This document shows positions 54,303 to 64,000 of a DNA stretch of 64,000 bases, piece by piece; position 1 is the first letter of the stretch, and each line of letters starts with the position of its first letter. Under the pieces are notes generated by a model. It worked only from the letters and a program-made list of their open reading frames with translations, ran no database searches and had not been told where the DNA came from. The stretch lies in NCBI GenBank assembly GCA_003280965.1, contig QCDI01000002.1, positions 64,001 through 128,000 of the forward strand. The letters are read 5' to 3'. The translations under genes and the position numbers were made by a program. The stretch is from Prochlorococcus sp. AG-355-B18. GTDB lineage: Bacteria; Cyanobacteriota; Cyanobacteriia; PCC-6307; Cyanobiaceae.

Positions 54303-55522
54303 AGATCTCCTTTCTGCTTCATTGAATTAATTATTCTTGGAAGTTCAATTCCCAAGGGATATTGATTTTTATAATTTAATTTGTTGACAATTTCTGAAGG
54401 AAAATTAAATCCTAATTTATTCAATACAAAGTTTCCTATTTTAGATCTATCAATTATCCCTAAAGGGATATCTGCAGAATTGAGAACCAATATAAAACCT
54501 TTACCTGTTTCTTCAATTCTTTCTATAGTTTTCCATAATTTATCGTTAGCATACACACTTTCAAAACTATCAATTGGCTTCTTAAAATCCCCAACGAAGT
54601 GCCGTTCCCATTTTTTTATGGAGACAGTTTTTAAAATATTCTCATCAATAAAACCAGTCCATCTTCCATTATTAGTAACAAAAAAATATTTATCTGATTC
54701 ATATTTTTTATTTTTTATTAATCTGTTCAACTCTGCGAAATTAGAATCGAATTCAATTTTTTGTAAAGGCTTTAATTTAAGCTCAGAAACTTTACTAAAT
54801 TTAAGTATGTTTTCAATTTTAAAAAATTGACTTTCTGATTTTGAAGAATTAACTCCAAACAATCCTAAGAAAGAAAGAATAAGACCATAATAAAAGTTAA
54901 ATCTAAACGAACAAATTATTCCAAATATAAGAACTAAAAAAGATAAAGATAAATTTACTTTATTGAGAAAGTTTCTTCCTTTGTTTTTACTACCTGAGAA
55001 ATGCCAAATAATACTTTTTAATAAATTTCCTCCATCTAAAGAACCTATTGGAATCAAATTTAAAAAGCCTAATAATAAATTTAATATACCAACTCTAGAA
55101 ATTATATTGATGAATATTATTTCTTGAGATGCACTGTAATTACTAATTAAAAGTAGGATAAATGCTGTAATAAAACATAATAGAGGTCTAACAATTGCGA
55201 TTTTTATATTACCTATAGCAGTTTCACAATACTTATCTATTTGTAAAATAGCTCCAAGAAAATAAAAAGTTATTTTTTTTATTTTTACTCCCTGATTTAA
55301 GGAAACATAGGTATATATAACCTCATGGGAAATAATTGAAGATAATAAGAAAAAAGAAGTTAAAAAACCTATAACCCAAGCTTCTTTATTATTAAATACA
55401 TCACCAGAAGATAAATTAACTTGATTACTTATGCTCCATGAGAATAAAAAGAGAATAACAAACCAATAGGGATGAATTTTGAAGGGAATTCCCCATATTT
55501 TAAAAATTTGCCAACTTCTCAA
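54299..55522 (-). CDS. Site-2 protease (M50) family membrane protein with CBS-like C-terminus; HExxH degenerate
   Basis: WGIPFKIHPYW, SHEVIY in place of HExxH, NLIPIGSLDGG. Confidence 0.85.
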   Translation of the reverse strand: MRSWQIFKIWGIPFKIHPYWFVILFLFSWSISNQVNLSSGDVFNNKEAWVIGFLTSFFLLSSIISHEVIYTYVSLNQGVKIKKITFYFLGAILQIDKYCETAIGNIKIAIVRPLLCFITAFILLLISNYSASQEIIFINIISRVGILNLLLGFLNLIPIGSLDGGNLLKSIIWHFSGSKNKGRNFLNKVNLSLSFLVLIFGIICSFRFNFYYGLILSFLGLFGVNSSKSESQFFKIENILKFSKVSELKLKPLQKIEFDSNFAELNRLIKNKKYESDKYFFVTNNGRWTGFIDENILKTVSIKKWERHFVGDFKKPIDSFESVYANDKLWKTIERIEETGKGFILVLNSADIPLGIIDRSKIGNFVLNKLGFNFPSEIVNKLNYKNQYPLGIELPRIINSMKQKGDL

Positions 55523-55577
55523 AAATAATCTCCGCTATATTTAGCAATAATATTAATTTTACATACAGGATAATGAT

Positions 55578-56243
55578 ATGCCCAAGACTAATACTTTAGT
55601 TAAAATTTGTGGATTAACATCAGAAGAACAAGCTCTTCAAGTAGCTAAATTAGGAGCGCATGCTATTGGCATTATTTCGGTTGAAGAGTCACCAAGGTAC
55701 GTATCACCTGAAATTAAGAAAAAAATATTTAAAACCTTAGAAAGTTTTTATCCAAAAATCCATAGGGTATCTGTTGTGCAAAATAGTCCTGTAGATTTAA
55801 TTATCAAAAATTTCTTAGGCAACCCAAGTGAAACTATCATTCAATTGCATGGTGATGAGGATATTGATTACTGTAAAAAAATAAGAGAAAAAATTCCAAA
55901 TATTGGCCTATGGAAGGCTTTCAGGATAAAAACGGAAAAAGACTTGGATAAAATACAACCTTTTGAAAATTTTGTAGATGCGATACTACTTGATTCTTGG
56001 AGTGAAAAAACTTATGGAGGTTCAGGGAAAAAAATAAATTCTAACTATCTAAAGAATCTGCAATTTAGTAAACCTTGGTGGTTAGCAGGCGGAATATCAA
56101 TTGAATGGATTAATGAAATTCTTATAGATATCAAACCTGATGGGCTAGATATTTCTAGTAGTGTTGAAATTTCTCCGGGTCAAAAAGATCTAAAAAAAAC
56201 TGAAGAACTTTTTAATTTTTTAAAAGGGATTAGTAATTATTAG
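55578..56243 (+). CDS. trpF: Phosphoribosylanthranilate isomerase
   Basis: VKICGLT, QLHGDE, LLDS...GGSG, LAGGI, LDISSSVE. Confidence 0.95.
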   Translation: MPKTNTLVKICGLTSEEQALQVAKLGAHAIGIISVEESPRYVSPEIKKKIFKTLESFYPKIHRVSVVQNSPVDLIIKNFLGNPSETIIQLHGDEDIDYCKKIREKIPNIGLWKAFRIKTEKDLDKIQPFENFVDAILLDSWSEKTYGGSGKKINSNYLKNLQFSKPWWLAGGISIEWINEILIDIKPDGLDISSSVEISPGQKDLKKTEELFNFLKGISNY

Positions 56244-56970
56244 TAGCAGACTGCTGTTTTACAAGCTCAAAAAATTCTTGTTTTAGACTTAAATCGTGTC
56301 TAAAATCTCCCCTCACCACAGAATTAATCATACTCGTATTTGGTTCTTTGACTCCCCTCCACTTCATGCAATAATGTTGGGCCTTTACAATAATACCTAA
56401 ACCTTTAGGTTCACATAGTTTTTCGATTTCATCTGCAAGTATCATTACAGCTTCTTCCTGAATATGAGGTCTTGAAAAAACCCAATCAGCAACTCTCGCA
56501 AATTTTGAAAGTCCTATAACTTTGTTCCCAGGTTTAATACCTATCCAACACTCTCCTAGAATTGGAACTAAGTGATGTGAACATGCAGATCTAACAGAAA
56601 TTGGGCCGACTGTATAAATCTCGTCAAGATTCTTGTCATTTGGGAAACTTGTAACTTTAGGTTGTTGATGATATCTGCCTTTAAAAACTTCATTTAAATA
56701 CATTTTTGAAACTCTTTGGGCAGTTTCTTGTGTATTATGATCATTTTCAACATCTATTATGAGGGACTTTAGTAAGTCTTTAACTCTTGAGGCAACTTCT
56801 CTTTCTAAAATCTCTAATTCTCCAGGATTTATAAAATCTGCAATATTATCGTTAGCACTAAACCTGGTTCCAGAATTTTTGATTCTGTCTCTTATAATTT
56901 CGGAGATTAATTTATTAGTAATCTGGTCGTCAAAGTTTCTAATATTATCGTTGGGTAATGTAGAGGTCAT
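56230..56970 (-). CDS. folE: GTP cyclohydrolase I
   Basis: SACSHHLVP, GLSKFAR, QEE, HYCMKWRGV. Confidence 0.96.
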   Translation of the reverse strand: MTSTLPNDNIRNFDDQITNKLISEIIRDRIKNSGTRFSANDNIADFINPGELEILEREVASRVKDLLKSLIIDVENDHNTQETAQRVSKMYLNEVFKGRYHQQPKVTSFPNDKNLDEIYTVGPISVRSACSHHLVPILGECWIGIKPGNKVIGLSKFARVADWVFSRPHIQEEAVMILADEIEKLCEPKGLGIIVKAQHYCMKWRGVKEPNTSMINSVVRGDFRHDLSLKQEFFELVKQQSATNNY

Positions 56971-57123
56971 AAAATTCTTGACAGAAAAATGTATGCAACT
57001 TAATTAACTGTATCTTCCAAAAGCTTAATTGCTTATACACTATATCACATTCTCTTGTTTAATCGGGTTCACGTAGCCCTAAAAAAAATCACTTTTTAAG
57101 GATTAAGAAAAGAAAAAGAATGT

Positions 57124-57831
57124 TTAAAAAGCTCCTCCAGAGGGCATTAAAGTTAAGTCTTCAATCAGTTGTGATTCAGGTTGTTGAGCCATATAGAGAA
57201 TAGTATCTGATACTTCGCTTGAGGAGAGCATAGAAGTTCTATCAAAATCAGCATTGATAGATTCTGAGTCCCAAAGAGGAGTATTTACTGAACCTAAAGT
57301 TATCGTACAGGCTCTGATTGAATTAAATCTCTCCTCTTCTCTCAAGCATTTAGTAAACATAGCTAGTGCAGACTTTGAAATACAATACGCTCCCCATTGG
57401 GGAAATGCATTATAAGAAGCATGACTACTAACGTTAATGACTAATCCACCATTTTTTCTCATTTTAGGAATTATTGAACTGCAAATTTGGAAAACACTTG
57501 TGAGGTTTATTTGCATAGTTTGTTCCCATTGACCTAAATCCATTTCAACTAAGGGACCATTAAATGCACAACCAGCATTATTTATCAATACTGAAGGGCA
57601 CCCATACTTCTTAATCGCTTCCTTAACACAATTTTCTATTTCTAGAGGATTAGATAAATCACATTTAACTAGGTTAATTTTTGATTTAGTAGTCAAAAGT
57701 TCGCTCTTTAGTTTCTCCATTAAATCCATATTCCTGGAGAGCAAAATCAAATCCCAGCCAGCATTAGCAAAAGTAATTGCAGTAGATCTGCCAATACCTT
57801 TAGTAGCACCCGTTATAAAAGCTAGTTTCAA
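57124..57831 (-). CDS. Short-chain dehydrogenase/reductase
   Basis: ITGATKGIG, NNAG, YCISK. Start placed at TTG 57831, just past the accA stop. Confidence 0.88.
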   Translation of the reverse strand: MKLAFITGATKGIGRSTAITFANAGWDLILLSRNMDLMEKLKSELLTTKSKINLVKCDLSNPLEIENCVKEAIKKYGCPSVLINNAGCAFNGPLVEMDLGQWEQTMQINLTSVFQICSSIIPKMRKNGGLVINVSSHASYNAFPQWGAYCISKSALAMFTKCLREEERFNSIRACTITLGSVNTPLWDSESINADFDRTSMLSSSEVSDTILYMAQQPESQLIEDLTLMPSGGAF

Positions 57832-57832
57832 T

Positions 57833-58840
57833 TTATTCAGTTTTTTGGGGGATTTCACTATAAATCTCTTCAATATTATTTGCTTCGATAAATTTACCTA
57901 AAACCCTAAATTTTTTGTATCTTTCCTCAATTAATTCGTCTTCAGGCATTTGCAGTAAAGCATTAAGGTGTTTCTCAATAGCCTCTTTTAGTGTATTGCC
58001 AGCATCTAAAGGATCCCAATTATTCCCACCAGAGGGTTCTGGTAATACCTCATCAATTATCCCCAATTTAAGTAAATCTTTACCTGTAATTTTAAGTGCT
58101 GATGCGGCTTCTGGAGCCTTCGCAGCATCTCTCCACAAAATTGATGCACATGCTTCCGGACTAGCAACTGTGTAAACACTGTGTTCAAACATTAGTAATC
58201 TATCGGCAACACCTATTCCAAGTGCTCCTCCTGAACCTCCTTCTCCAATGACAGTAGCTACAATTGGGACTCTTAGTCCAAACATCTCTCGAAGGTTTCT
58301 TGCAATAGCTTCCCCTTGACCCTGTTCTTCAGCTTTCAAACCAGCATAAGCTCCAGGAGTATCAATAAATGTAAGAATTGGCAAGGAGAATCTATTTGCA
58401 TGCTGCATTAATCTAAGAGCTTTTCTATAACCTCCTGGTTTTGCCATCCCAAAGTTTCTTACTACATTTTCTTTTGTGTCCCTTCCTTTCTGATGCCCTA
58501 ACATCAACACCGGTCTGTTATTTATCGAGCCTATCCCCCCAATTAGTGCCATATCATCACCACCATTTCTATCTCCATGTAATTCGATCCAGTCATCACA
58601 AAACATTTGAACAAAATCCAAAGTACTAGGTCTTTGTGGATGTCTAGCTACCTGAATCTTTTGAGCAGGGGTGAGAGATTTAAATATTTCTTCTCTTCTC
58701 CTAGCAGCTAAGGTTTCAAGCTGTAGAAGCTGTTGACTAACATCTACCTCTGAATCTCGAGCTAATTCTTTAATTTGCTCTATCTGCTTCTCAAGTTCAA
58801 CAAGAGGCTTTTCAAAATCAAGGAGGTAACGTTTAGCCAT
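57833..58840 (-). CDS. accA: Acetyl-CoA carboxylase carboxyltransferase alpha subunit
   Basis: [42 protein letters not shown]. Confidence 0.98.
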   Translation of the reverse strand: MAKRYLLDFEKPLVELEKQIEQIKELARDSEVDVSQQLLQLETLAARRREEIFKSLTPAQKIQVARHPQRPSTLDFVQMFCDDWIELHGDRNGGDDMALIGGIGSINNRPVLMLGHQKGRDTKENVVRNFGMAKPGGYRKALRLMQHANRFSLPILTFIDTPGAYAGLKAEEQGQGEAIARNLREMFGLRVPIVATVIGEGGSGGALGIGVADRLLMFEHSVYTVASPEACASILWRDAAKAPEAASALKITGKDLLKLGIIDEVLPEPSGGNNWDPLDAGNTLKEAIEKHLNALLQMPEDELIEERYKKFRVLGKFIEANNIEEIYSEIPQKTE

Positions 58841-58845
58841 AATTC

Positions 58846-59886
58846 TTAAACCGTTAATACTTTAGGCTGCTTATCAAGTCCAATCGCAGAAAAACCATGC
58901 TTTAAAGATGCTGCTCCAATAAACTCCATCTTTTCAAGGGAAATGTTATTTCTTCCCCAACTAAAGTTTGTATGACACTTTTCGAATTCTAAAATCATAG
59001 CTTCTGCAAAGCAAGCAAACATCTCTCGCTGAGGGTTTTGCATTTCCGCAAGTTCCATCATATTCCAACCAATATCATTGAAAAACTCTACTATACCTCC
59101 TTTTAAAACATGAATATTTTCACCCTGAAATTTCTCATCAAGATTTTTGGGGTATCCGCCATCAATCATTAAACATGGTTTTTTTAAGTTATCTGTATCA
59201 ATCTCAATAGTTTTAGGCATACTTGCAACCCATACAACAATATCCGCCTGCGGCAATGCCTCATTTAAGCTTGTTACGGTGCCACCATCTAATTCTTTTT
59301 GTAACAGCGCTAGTGGTTCTTGTTGTCTTGCTACCATAAGAAGCTCTGAAATCCCAGTTTTATTGATAAGCCATCTACAGACAGCACTACCAATATCACC
59401 TGTAGCACCAATTACAGCAACAGTTGCTTTTTTAAGGTCTATCCCAATGCGAGGCGCATTTATTTCTAGTTGCTTACAAATAACCCAGGCTGTATGAGTA
59501 TTGCCAGTAGTAAATCTTTCCCACTCTAATGAAGTATTTCTAATTTGTTTATGCTGTAGAAGATTAAAATTCTCAAAAATAATAGAAGTAAATCCTCCTA
59601 AAGCGGTAATGTTAATCCCTTTTTTCTGAGCTAGTTCCATAGCATTTAGTACTTTTCTTCTAGCCGTTTTAAACCTAGAAAGCATTTCAGGAACAAAGCA
59701 CGAATCTATATAGGAACCTTCAATAGATATTCCAGTAGCACTCTTAACTTCTACATTTTCAACAAGCTGAGGAGGAGCAGTACACCAAACATCCAAGTCG
59801 CCATCAGCAATATGATCAAAGCCTAGCATCGAAGCTTTTCTTTTTGCATCTTCAAAACTAGTTGAGTGGCCTATTAACCCAAACAT
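58846..59886 (-). CDS. aar: Acyl-ACP reductase (aldehyde-forming)
   Basis: [44 protein letters not shown]. Confidence 0.96.
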   Translation of the reverse strand: MFGLIGHSTSFEDAKRKASMLGFDHIADGDLDVWCTAPPQLVENVEVKSATGISIEGSYIDSCFVPEMLSRFKTARRKVLNAMELAQKKGINITALGGFTSIIFENFNLLQHKQIRNTSLEWERFTTGNTHTAWVICKQLEINAPRIGIDLKKATVAVIGATGDIGSAVCRWLINKTGISELLMVARQQEPLALLQKELDGGTVTSLNEALPQADIVVWVASMPKTIEIDTDNLKKPCLMIDGGYPKNLDEKFQGENIHVLKGGIVEFFNDIGWNMMELAEMQNPQREMFACFAEAMILEFEKCHTNFSWGRNNISLEKMEFIGAASLKHGFSAIGLDKQPKVLTV

Positions 59887-59994
59887 TTAAAATTTATAAA
59901 TGGTTTCTATACGATGTTATGAACAATAGCACAGAGATAACTACTTAAATAAGATTGATTAATTATTAAAAAACTTAATTGATTAGAAAGATAA

Positions 59995-60723
59995 TTAGAC
60001 GATAGCTGCCATAGCCATTCTTGCAATTTCTCTATTATCTAGACCTATTTCCATCAACGTATCTTGATAAGCAATCATAAATTCTTCCATTAATTCTTCT
60101 CTGTCCATAGCTAAAACTGATGCGTCATCTGCTACTTCATCTAACATCTTTTTAATTAACGGAAGATTAACTTTATTAGCTTCCATTAATTCCTCTTTAC
60201 AAGTAGATAGATTCTCTTTAAGCCACTCTTGACCATAATTTAAATGAAGATATTCATCTTTTACAACTCCCTCTGTTATTTTTTTTGCAAAAGGATCCGC
60301 AACTCTTATGTAGACGTTATAAGCGGAGATTGCGAAAGCTTCGATTAAAATAGCTTGAATTAAAAGACATGTTGTTAAATTTCCTTTTTCAAGAGCAACC
60401 TGAAAATTACCATGTAATTTAGAAAAGAATTTTTTAGCAAATTCCATATCAGCTACTACACCTAAATTTCTTCCACATGCAGTAAACCCTTTTTTATGCT
60501 TCATTTCCATTCTCGCCAATTTTGTTAACTCCTCTAACTCATTTGGAATTAGAGTTGCTATTGAGATGTAATTATCATGAGCCTCTTGCTCTCCTTCTAT
60601 AACAATTGCATTTATTCTGCTGTATGCATCCTTATAAGAATCAGTAGTGAAGTCGGGCAAATCTAAAGAAATCGGATTAGTCGTTTCTTCAATAGTTTTT
60701 TTATTTGATTCTAGAGTTTGCAT
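59995..60723 (-). CDS. ado: Aldehyde-deformylating oxygenase
   Basis: YKDAYSRINAIVIEGEQEAH, EAFAISAY, DEYLHLN di-iron ligands. Likely start is ATG 60723 (alternative 60750). Confidence 0.97.
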   Translation of the reverse strand: MQTLESNKKTIEETTNPISLDLPDFTTDSYKDAYSRINAIVIEGEQEAHDNYISIATLIPNELEELTKLARMEMKHKKGFTACGRNLGVVADMEFAKKFFSKLHGNFQVALEKGNLTTCLLIQAILIEAFAISAYNVYIRVADPFAKKITEGVVKDEYLHLNYGQEWLKENLSTCKEELMEANKVNLPLIKKMLDEVADDASVLAMDREELMEEFMIAYQDTLMEIGLDNREIARMAMAAIV

Positions 60724-60834
60724 GTCAGTAATCTTTAGCTCATTATGCATGAATATTACATGATTATAGTGAGTTTATTTAAATATCATGAAAATAGTTT
60801 CAATTGTTAAGTCACATTTTTTACTTAAACTTAT

Positions 60835-61629
60835 TTAAGAATTGTTTGGCCAATCTGATTGCATCAGATTCATAATCAATTTGAACCAATGATTAATCAA
60901 TAATTCCTTTAAATTTTTTCCTAAAGACTCATTTGCTCCTCTGCTATCCCCTATAACTCCTGATTTGCTGAAGTCATCAGTAAGCCAAGCAGTAGGTGCA
61001 TTTCCCTCAAGACTCCAACCATCTGGTATCTGCCCCTTAATACCTTCATTTGGACGTTGATCACCTACTAATTCTGGTTTTAAAGCAAGCATCAAACTTG
61101 TTTCAGCTAAAGAAGCATGAAGCCCATTCTCGATCTCAGTTTTTGTTAACAAATCACTTAACCCATTAACTCCACTCCATAAGAAACAAGGGAAAACTGC
61201 CATCCCAGGTGCAAAACTTCTTAGCTCTCTTGCCGCTGTATTTAATAGTGAGATTTGACCTCCATGTCCATTAATCAATATCAATCTTTTAAAACCCATT
61301 TCAGATAATTGACCTCCGACTTCCTTAATCATTGAGGTTATTAAATTTGAGGAAAGTGAAATTGTCCCATTAAAACCCTTATGTTCTGGAGAAAAACCAA
61401 TGTATTGAGTTGGAAGTTTTTTTAATGGAATATCGGAAGAGAATAATTTAAAAACTTCGCTAATAATTTCATCAACAAAAATACTATCTGTAGCAAGAGG
61501 CAAATGTGGCCCATGTTGTTCAACAGCACCGAATGGCCAAATCACGGTTGACCTTTTGTCTTTTGCAATACTTTCGATTTCTTGCCAATTTAAATATTCA
61601 AATTTATTAGGTATTGGTTTAAAGTTCAT
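60835..61629 (-). CDS. Creatininase / creatinine amidohydrolase family protein
   Basis: GAVEQHGPHLPLATD, SPEH, NGHGG, HASLAETS, SGVIGD. Confidence 0.9.
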   Translation of the reverse strand: MNFKPIPNKFEYLNWQEIESIAKDKRSTVIWPFGAVEQHGPHLPLATDSIFVDEIISEVFKLFSSDIPLKKLPTQYIGFSPEHKGFNGTISLSSNLITSMIKEVGGQLSEMGFKRLILINGHGGQISLLNTAARELRSFAPGMAVFPCFLWSGVNGLSDLLTKTEIENGLHASLAETSLMLALKPELVGDQRPNEGIKGQIPDGWSLEGNAPTAWLTDDFSKSGVIGDSRGANESLGKNLKELLINHWFKLIMNLMQSDWPNNS

Positions 61630-61695
61630 TAATTTTAATTTCGAGTACTAACATTTAGAGTATGTTATTAATTAATTATTATCATTTTACCTACG

Positions 61696-62910
61696 ATGGG
61701 AGTCAGTAATAACAATGCCCAAGAAAATATCCAACCAAAGGGCAAAAAAAAAGATTTCAAAAAACCTCTTCAAGTACTTCACCTAAGCAAGAAAGATACC
61801 CAAAAAAAATCTCAAGAAATACAGAATGAGCAACCCAATTCGCAAGAAGAAATTAAAAAAGAAAATATTGCAATAAAACCTCAAATATTTAAAGATGGAT
61901 CAGAAACAGAAATTAAGGACAGAAATGAAAACACTAAATCTTTGGATAGTTCTCAACATGATTTAAATAAACCCCTTAATTTTTCTGAGCAAAACACAGA
62001 TTTTCAATTAGAAAGAACAGTTGATGAATTCGATTTTGATGAAAGTGCTTTTTTGGAGGCTTTAAATGCAAATGAGCCAATTGGGGCTACGGGAGAAACA
62101 ATTTCAGGGAAGGTTATAGCAATAGAAAGTGATGGACTATATGTTGACATTGGTGGGAAAGCACCTGGTTATATGCCAAAAAAAGAAAGTGGGTTAGGCG
62201 TCATAACTAACTTTAAAGAAAAATTTTCAATAGGCCATGAAATAGAAGTTTTGGTTATCAAAGAACAAAATGCTGATGGAATGGTAACAGTAAGCGCTCG
62301 GGCATTAATTCTCAGACAAAGTTGGGAGAAAGTATCAAGTTATGCAAAAAATGGAGAATTAATTGACGTTTTAATAAATGGATTTAACAGAGGTGGGCTT
62401 ACATGTGATGTAGATGGATTGAGAGGCTTCATCCCGAGATCCCAACTTGAAGACGGTCAAGATCATCAATCTTTTGTTGGCAAAACTCTAAAAGTAGCCT
62501 TTCTTGAGGTGAATCCAGAATCCAGAAAATTAGTTCTCTCTGAAAAGAAGGCATCATTAGTCTCTAAACTTACGAGTCTAGAATTGGGGCAATTAATTGA
62601 AGGAGAAGTTCTAGCAGTAAAACCATATGGATTCTTTATTGATTTAGGCGGAGCCAGTGGACTTCTTCATCAATCCTCACTAACAAATGGTTCTATTCGT
62701 TCTTTACGAGAAATTTTTAGAGAAGGGGAAGTTATAAAAGCTTTAATATCTGAAATTGACCTTGAGAAAGGGCGCATTGGTCTTAATACAGCACTCTTAG
62801 AGAACTCTGCGGGAGAATTAATTATTGATAAGCAAAAAGTTATGCAAGAAGCCACAGAGAGAGCACTAAAAACTAAAGCACTTTTCGATAAAAAAGAACA
62901 AGACAAATGA
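61696..62910 (+). CDS. rps1b: 30S ribosomal protein S1 homolog B (three S1 domains, long N-terminal extension)
   Basis: S1 repeats VDIGGKAPG, NRGGL...GLRGFIPRS and KPYGFFIDLGG...GLLH. Confidence 0.88.
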   Translation: MGVSNNNAQENIQPKGKKKDFKKPLQVLHLSKKDTQKKSQEIQNEQPNSQEEIKKENIAIKPQIFKDGSETEIKDRNENTKSLDSSQHDLNKPLNFSEQNTDFQLERTVDEFDFDESAFLEALNANEPIGATGETISGKVIAIESDGLYVDIGGKAPGYMPKKESGLGVITNFKEKFSIGHEIEVLVIKEQNADGMVTVSARALILRQSWEKVSSYAKNGELIDVLINGFNRGGLTCDVDGLRGFIPRSQLEDGQDHQSFVGKTLKVAFLEVNPESRKLVLSEKKASLVSKLTSLELGQLIEGEVLAVKPYGFFIDLGGASGLLHQSSLTNGSIRSLREIFREGEVIKALISEIDLEKGRIGLNTALLENSAGELIIDKQKVMQEATERALKTKALFDKKEQDK

Positions 62911-63812
62911 ACATTAATAATAAAACGGAACCAAGGCTTGAATTAAAAATTTCAGATTGGGAATTAGACTTTTACTCAAGACCAATCATTGAATCAAATG
63001 GAAAAAAAAGGTGGGAGTTAATTATTTGCTCTACAAGAAGTTATAAGAAAAAAGATGTTTTTCTTTGGAATAAAAAATGCCCTGCCAATGAAGTTAATTC
63101 AGTGTGGCTTACAAAGTCACTAAATGAAGCAATTAATGATGCAAAAAAAGAAGGATGGGCAAAACCATCAATAATTAGATTTTGGAGATCGTCAATGAAA
63201 TCTATAATAAAGAAATCACTGGAGGCTTCAAGTATTGAAGCTCTTGTCAGTAGAAGAACTTATAATTTATTCGATAGAATCGAATTCCTCGAAAAAGAGA
63301 TTTATCCAAAGGAAAAAGGTTATGTAAGAGGGGTATTAGCTCCTACTTTTACTTCCAAAATGGAAAATTCCCCTAAACCCCTACCAGAAGCAGTAAGGGG
63401 TGATGCTTTAACTATTTCTGAAATATCAATTGGCGAATTAAAATCTGCGGAAAATTGGCCTATGGAATTTGGAGATATTTTCCCAATTCAGCAAGATTTA
63501 GATGATAGTGATTTAGTTCCAGGATTAAGACTTTTTAGCAAAGATAGATCTTTAGCACTTTCTGCATGGTTCAGTTGTTTAGAACCTATTAAATTAACTA
63601 TTAGTAAGAACCAACTCATCCTTGAAGCTTCAGAAGATGACAAGTGGCTGGTAACAGATTTGCCAGAAAAAGATGCAAACATTTTAAGTACAAAGTTTTT
63701 AGAGAATAAAAAAAATTCTTTTGGTTATCAATTTATTTCCATACAGTCAACGCCATACATTGAAAAATTTGCAGGATTCTGGATCTTGAGAGATATTGAA
63801 TTAATTTCATAA
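62907..63812 (+). CDS. Tab2/Atab2 family RNA-binding protein
   Basis: WELDFYSRP...GKKRWEL, VNSVWL, LVSRRTY, FAGFWIL. Confidence 0.9.
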   Translation: MNINNKTEPRLELKISDWELDFYSRPIIESNGKKRWELIICSTRSYKKKDVFLWNKKCPANEVNSVWLTKSLNEAINDAKKEGWAKPSIIRFWRSSMKSIIKKSLEASSIEALVSRRTYNLFDRIEFLEKEIYPKEKGYVRGVLAPTFTSKMENSPKPLPEAVRGDALTISEISIGELKSAENWPMEFGDIFPIQQDLDDSDLVPGLRLFSKDRSLALSAWFSCLEPIKLTISKNQLILEASEDDKWLVTDLPEKDANILSTKFLENKKNSFGYQFISIQSTPYIEKFAGFWILRDIELIS

Positions 63813-63834
63813 ACTCAGTTAAGGAGCAGGAACT

Positions 63835-64000
63835 ATTCCTTACAAAGAAATCAATTTCACAAAAGCTGAAATTTTTATTAAAAACAAAAAATTCGAGTAT
63901 TATTCATCACCTATTCTTAGTCAATATAATTTCAAACATGCATACTTTTCTAAGACTAGCTCTTATAATATTCTTCAATTATTAGGAGGTCACTTTAACA
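63835..64000 (+). CDS. pgeF: PgeF/YfiH (laccase-domain) protein, 5' part, probable ATT start
   Basis: Open frame IPYKEINF...SPILSQYNFKHAYFSK... running off the window; FKHAYFS resembles the YfiH HxFxT motif; AAGGAG lies 8 nt upstream of ATT. Confidence 0.55.
   Translation, partial: MPYKEINFTKAEIFIKNKKFEYYSSPILSQYNFKHAYFSKTSSYNILQLLGGHFN

Noticed and set aside
57065..57090. GGGTTCACGTAGCCCT-A8 hairpin with an A-rich tail upstream of folE, superficially like a preQ1-I riboswitch
   Set aside because: The resemblance is on the + strand, antisense to folE. The stem is weak and no pseudoknot partner is evident.

Overview
An AT-rich, gene-dense stretch of core chromosome from a marine picocyanobacterium. 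Gene content, gene order and low GC point to a high-light Prochlorococcus. It runs from the 3' end of thrB through ndhD, prlC, folB, proA, tamB, glgB, hemE, petE, clpB, queD, hisIE, a group-2 sigma factor, cyAbrB, trpA, ndhL, an intron-less tRNA-Leu(UAA), pyrC, gor/GST, dnaA and hisG/gloB. It continues through the complete alpha-carboxysome locus (csoS1D, ham1, csoS1-rbcL-rbcS-csoS2-csoSCA-csoS4A-csoS4B-acRAF-like), chlNBL and por, psaM, trpF/folE, the ado-aar-accA alkane cluster, and rps1b-Tab2-pgeF (partial). I found no mobile elements, CRISPR arrays or defence systems. The most striking unexplained signal is a 60-nt GC-rich structured element (45841-45900) in the csoS1/ham1 spacer. Read on the + strand, it is complementary in two blocks (14 nt + 7 nt) to the 5' leader of the csoS1-rbcLS mRNA, right up to the AUG, making it a candidate antisense sRNA regulator of the carboxysome operon. 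Other notable points are hairpins in the first three cso operon spacers, degenerate catalytic motifs in Ham1 and the M50 protease, a probable ATT start for pgeF, and an 11-bp tandem repeat in the sigma factor promoter.
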